A stretch of 63,486 nucleotides of DNA, counting the filler, from Polymyxa betae A26-41 (lineage: Eukaryota; Protista; Endomyxa: Phytomyxea): assembly GCA_003693705.1 (NCBI GenBank). It is 6 parts of 6 records of this genome, joined end to end, with 100 filler letters (N's around TTAATTAATTAA, not from the genome) between each part and the next. Parts side by side here need not be neighbours in the genome. Positions count along the whole stretch, not along the records: positions 58,525 to 63,486 come from RBZT01000172.1; 5 more parts are not named here. The stretch is one strand, 5' to 3'. Every line of letters starts with the position of its first letter. Position 1 is the first letter of the stretch. This document shows positions 59,850 through 63,486 of the stretch, piece by piece. The notes beneath the pieces are model-generated. The model was not told where the DNA came from. It saw only the letters and a list, made by a program, of their open reading frames with translations, and did no database searches. The position numbers and the translations under genes are program-made.

Positions 59850-62800
59850 ATGAAGTTGAAAAAGACCAAGAGCGGCGAACAAAAACGTTGCTTTTGCATA
59901 TCACACAGATGCAGAGGCAAAGTCAGACACCCGATAACATATCGAAAGCATCAGATCGATGATGTTCTGTTGCTCGAAAATCAGCAAGACGACAATCACC
60001 CTATCGCCGATGGTGAGCAAATGTTGAAATTATTTCCGGATCTGAAATTACACATCTTTCACAGTTGAGATTAGCGAAGAGGATAGCCGTATCAGCGACG
60101 CAGAGCTCCCAAAAATAACATTTGAAACAACGAGCTCAGCCCCACAGGAAGTGTCAGATTTGAAGGTCAGTTTCCTACTATGGTTGAAACACCTACTAAC
60201 CACACGAAAAGACGATTCAATTGCAAGCCAAACACTAGCAAATGATCAATCTGCCGATGAAAACAACGATAGCAATGACTCCGCCGAGATGGTTTCGATT
60301 GCAACTGATGTAACAAAGTCAGACTCGTCTTCAACGGATTATGAAAGAGATCCTGTTGATCAAGAGCGACATATTGATTCAATGGAGGACTCAATGTTCA
60401 AGTTTGAGCGTGATATTCTGAAAACCATGAACGATGCAAGAGCAATGTTACAAGCCCTACCTTGCATACAAGAGAATCAGATGAGAGAGCTTGGAATCGA
60501 TAACCTTGCCCATTTGCTGAAGATCAAACAGAAAATTATGCAATTTGCGGACCAGCGTTTCCGTTCGAGTATCAATAGCAAATGCTTTGATGAACTCCTT
60601 GGCATGTACCTTCAAGAGATTTCAACTCGGCCAGACCATGATTCCGGTGATCCCGTTAAAGTTTATGAGCGGTTTCCCGAAAACTGGAAACAGGCCAAAG
60701 AAACCATTCTCAGAGACATTTTCTTATCATTCAAGCCCATTGCCCTGGAGTCATGTCCTAATGGACATTGTATCTTTGTGCTTGAGTAGAGAATGAACAA
60801 GAATGTCCCGTTTGTAACAGCTCAAGGAAGCATGCTAAATCCTTTTTATATTGGCCCTTATCCTACGATATTCAGGTAAGGGAATTACTTTCGATTAGTC
60901 AGTTGCTGTCTGAATACATCATGCAGATTCGTTTTGCATATCCTTCAATGGCGAGCTTATTCTGGGAGGGGTTTGAAAAAATCACAGAACTGGTCCAACG
61001 ATATAAAGCTACCAATTGTAAGGAAGATATAATGACCGATTGGATGCAAGGCGACCTCTTTTATGATGTATATGCTCCTTTCCACCTTTCTCATGATGTT
61101 TAAAACACGGAGCAATCAGGTAACTTGGAATATATATCGTTCTGTGATAAGTATACTAATCAGTCTACAGATGTCGCGTCCATGATTGTCGCCTTATCAC
61201 ATTGTTACGACGGTGCCAGAATCCACAACAGTTCCAAAGTTTCGGTATGGCCTCATTTGTTTTCATATTTGACGTTGCCACCAACAGCAAGATGTAAACC
61301 ATCATCTGTCGTGATGACTTCATGCTCCTACTTTTCAAGTCAAGCCTTTTTCACTTTGGTCGCACACGAATTGAATATGATCAATCGAAAAGGGCTATAT
61401 ATCTTCGATTCGTCACGGTCAGCTTTGACTAAGGTATTGTGAAAGCATTTTTTGTTCTGTCAGTTGACATGAACGCAGGTAAAAATGGTATTGATGAGCA
61501 GCCTGGCCGATCTGCCAGCTTGGGCGAAAGCGTCCAGAAAAGCAGGATCTTCAAGTATAAATGGGGCATGCATCTGCAAAATTCAGGGTGTCAGATGTTG
61601 TCGGCGAACAGGTCGACTTGGTTCATACCGGATTCTACCGAAAACCCATCTGATTCGAAAAAAAGTTACTGTTCCCACTAAAATAGGATTGAGTCGAAAA
61701 AGTTCAGCACCAGAGTTCTTTACACAAGAAGAAATGCGCTCCATATGTGATTGATTGTGGCTTTTGTTTCCTGCTAATCTTACAATCATATTCAGGGACT
61801 GAATCAGAGAACTACGAAATGCGTAAGATCGAAGAAACGATGCAGCAATTACTAAAGGGAGGCAAAGATGTGAAGCTATATGACCGAACAAAGGATCAAC
61901 ATCATCCGTACAAACGTTTAGGCTTTTATGGCGTTGATGCTTTGTCCAAACACTTATCTTCCGGATGGAATCCCTGCCGCCAATTCAAGTCTGATTATAT
62001 GCATCATTTAGGAGTAAGAGCAACTGTATTGAAATCCAATTGGCGATTTATGTCAGTTATAGAACGTGGCCAAAACGCTGATTGGAGCGCTGGACTGTGA
62101 GGCAAGTGGCTCCGGGCTAGTTTTTGATGAAGAAGCTCGTGATGCTGAGTGAGCACTGAATCGGCTGGCGACTGTGTGGGACTACAGCACACGCTTGCCA
62201 TGGGCATTGATTAAAGGCAGCCAGGCTGAGATAACAGCTAGACTTAAAATGCTCAGAGCTCCAGAAGGCATGTTTATTTTATCTAATTGGGGTACAAACC
62301 ATGCTGAAACTGTAGTCTAGGATGTCCCGAGCAGTTCGATCCATATGTATCATCTCAAGTCCTCATTAAGAACGCGCAATGGCATATGATGCTGCATTGA
62401 TTATTTAAATTTTTGACCAAAGGTTTATTCGGAACTGATAGCTGTTCCAGACAATTCCAGAAAGTGCTTTATTTGTTCTTTGACAAGCCATCAGATTGCT
62501 TCTGCTTGGTTGCCAAGCGTTCGGGTTTAGAAAAGGTCCAGGTTGAGCTCACAGAAGCTCTAACATTGCTTGAAGAGGTTAGGCTTTATTGCTATTCTCA
62601 CTCAATCCTAACCTAAGCATGTTGAACAGCAACTTCCTTGTATGTTCATGACTCTTCCTGTGTACTTAATTTTGCACGTAGTTCCCTTTTTGCTTCACGA
62701 TTTAGGGCATTTAACAGGAACGTCATGGAATTTTTGGTCTGAGCGGTTTATGAGACCGACAAAATCGATGAGCCACGCCTCCAAAGGCCAAGCTATGAAC

Positions 62801-63486
62801 ATTATGAAGAATTTCTACGAACAGGTTATTGTAGCCTGTTTCAGGTAACCAACGGTCAACAATATCGATGATTACTAAGAAACAATTTAGGTATGAGCAT
62901 CATTAACAATTCTCCCATAGTGCCGAAAGAATATGGACTTTCGGGGCAGCAGGAGAAGATGTTAACGAAGGCAATTCCGAAAGTGCTTCCGTTGTATTTA
63001 ATCAAAACGATTCGCAGATAGGTATCAACTTGGGTGTGGACAGTTGACCAATATTTATTTTATCGATAGGGAAGTTCCACGAAGATCTGTTCCACAGCTT
63101 TGAAGAATATCGTCACGCTGTGATGGCTGTGAATTCCAAAATTGGAACTTCATTCAGCGACGAGAGATTGCAAGCAGAACCGATTGCATTTTTCCAACGC
63201 AACAGGGATGACTTGATTGCGTTTCTCATTGATGCAGGATTCGACAAATCATTGATAGCCGCATTGCAAGGTAAGTTTGTTATATCGTTCGTTTATTGCA
63301 ATATGGCCTTTTGGGGAAGTTTTTAGAGTTAGATGTAAATCACCATTGCCGGCTTTAATTTCAATTTGAAACTTGACATTAAAATAAACATACATAATTG
63401 GAAAGTTAATCAGATTTCAGAAAGAGCTCTTACGTTTTCGGGTCTCACCACCACTGTTGGATAGGGTGTCATGAATCTGCGCTACT
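59850..63486 (+). pseudogene. CACTA/EnSpm (Transposase_21-like) transposase, intron-containing and disrupted
   Basis: ESCPNGHCIF...CPVC, DWMQGDLF, CYDGARIHNSSKVSVWP...LTLPPTAR, LADLPA...GACIC, DYMHH, WNFWSERF. Confidence 0.8.

Overview
This is eukaryotic genomic DNA, not prokaryotic. Six contigs are joined by artificial N-TTAATTAATTAA-N linkers, so adjacency across a linker has no biological meaning. Intron-rich housekeeping genes include ARP3, MBF1, PDH E1-alpha, a WDR37-like gene, a trehalose-6-P synthase/phosphatase fusion, a KCTD-type BTB gene and a flagellar CFAP58-like gene. Several signal-peptide genes look effector-like: a degenerate GTPase, a C-terminal RING protein, a lectin/mucin surface protein and a small secreted peptide. 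This mix suggests a flagellated parasitic protist; plasmodiophorid-like is an inference only. RNA genes are a variant U1 snRNA, two tRNA-Pro(AGG) with an unusual U53:A61 pair, and two degenerate tRNA-Glu(CTC)-like genes. Mobile elements include a PIF/Harbinger-superfamily element, two MULE relics, nested MITEs, two CACTA elements, a chromodomain Ty3/gypsy element, and AT-rich virus-like islands with a peptidase-S74 tail-fibre relic. The most notable signal is a family of 152-bp LTRs seen four times. Two copies sit exactly 11 bp upstream of tRNA-Glu-like genes in opposite orientations. The primer-binding site is complementary to nt 27-40 (anticodon arm) of tRNA-Lys(CUU), implying half-tRNA priming combined with position-precise tRNA-gene targeting. 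All alignments and translations were done by eye.
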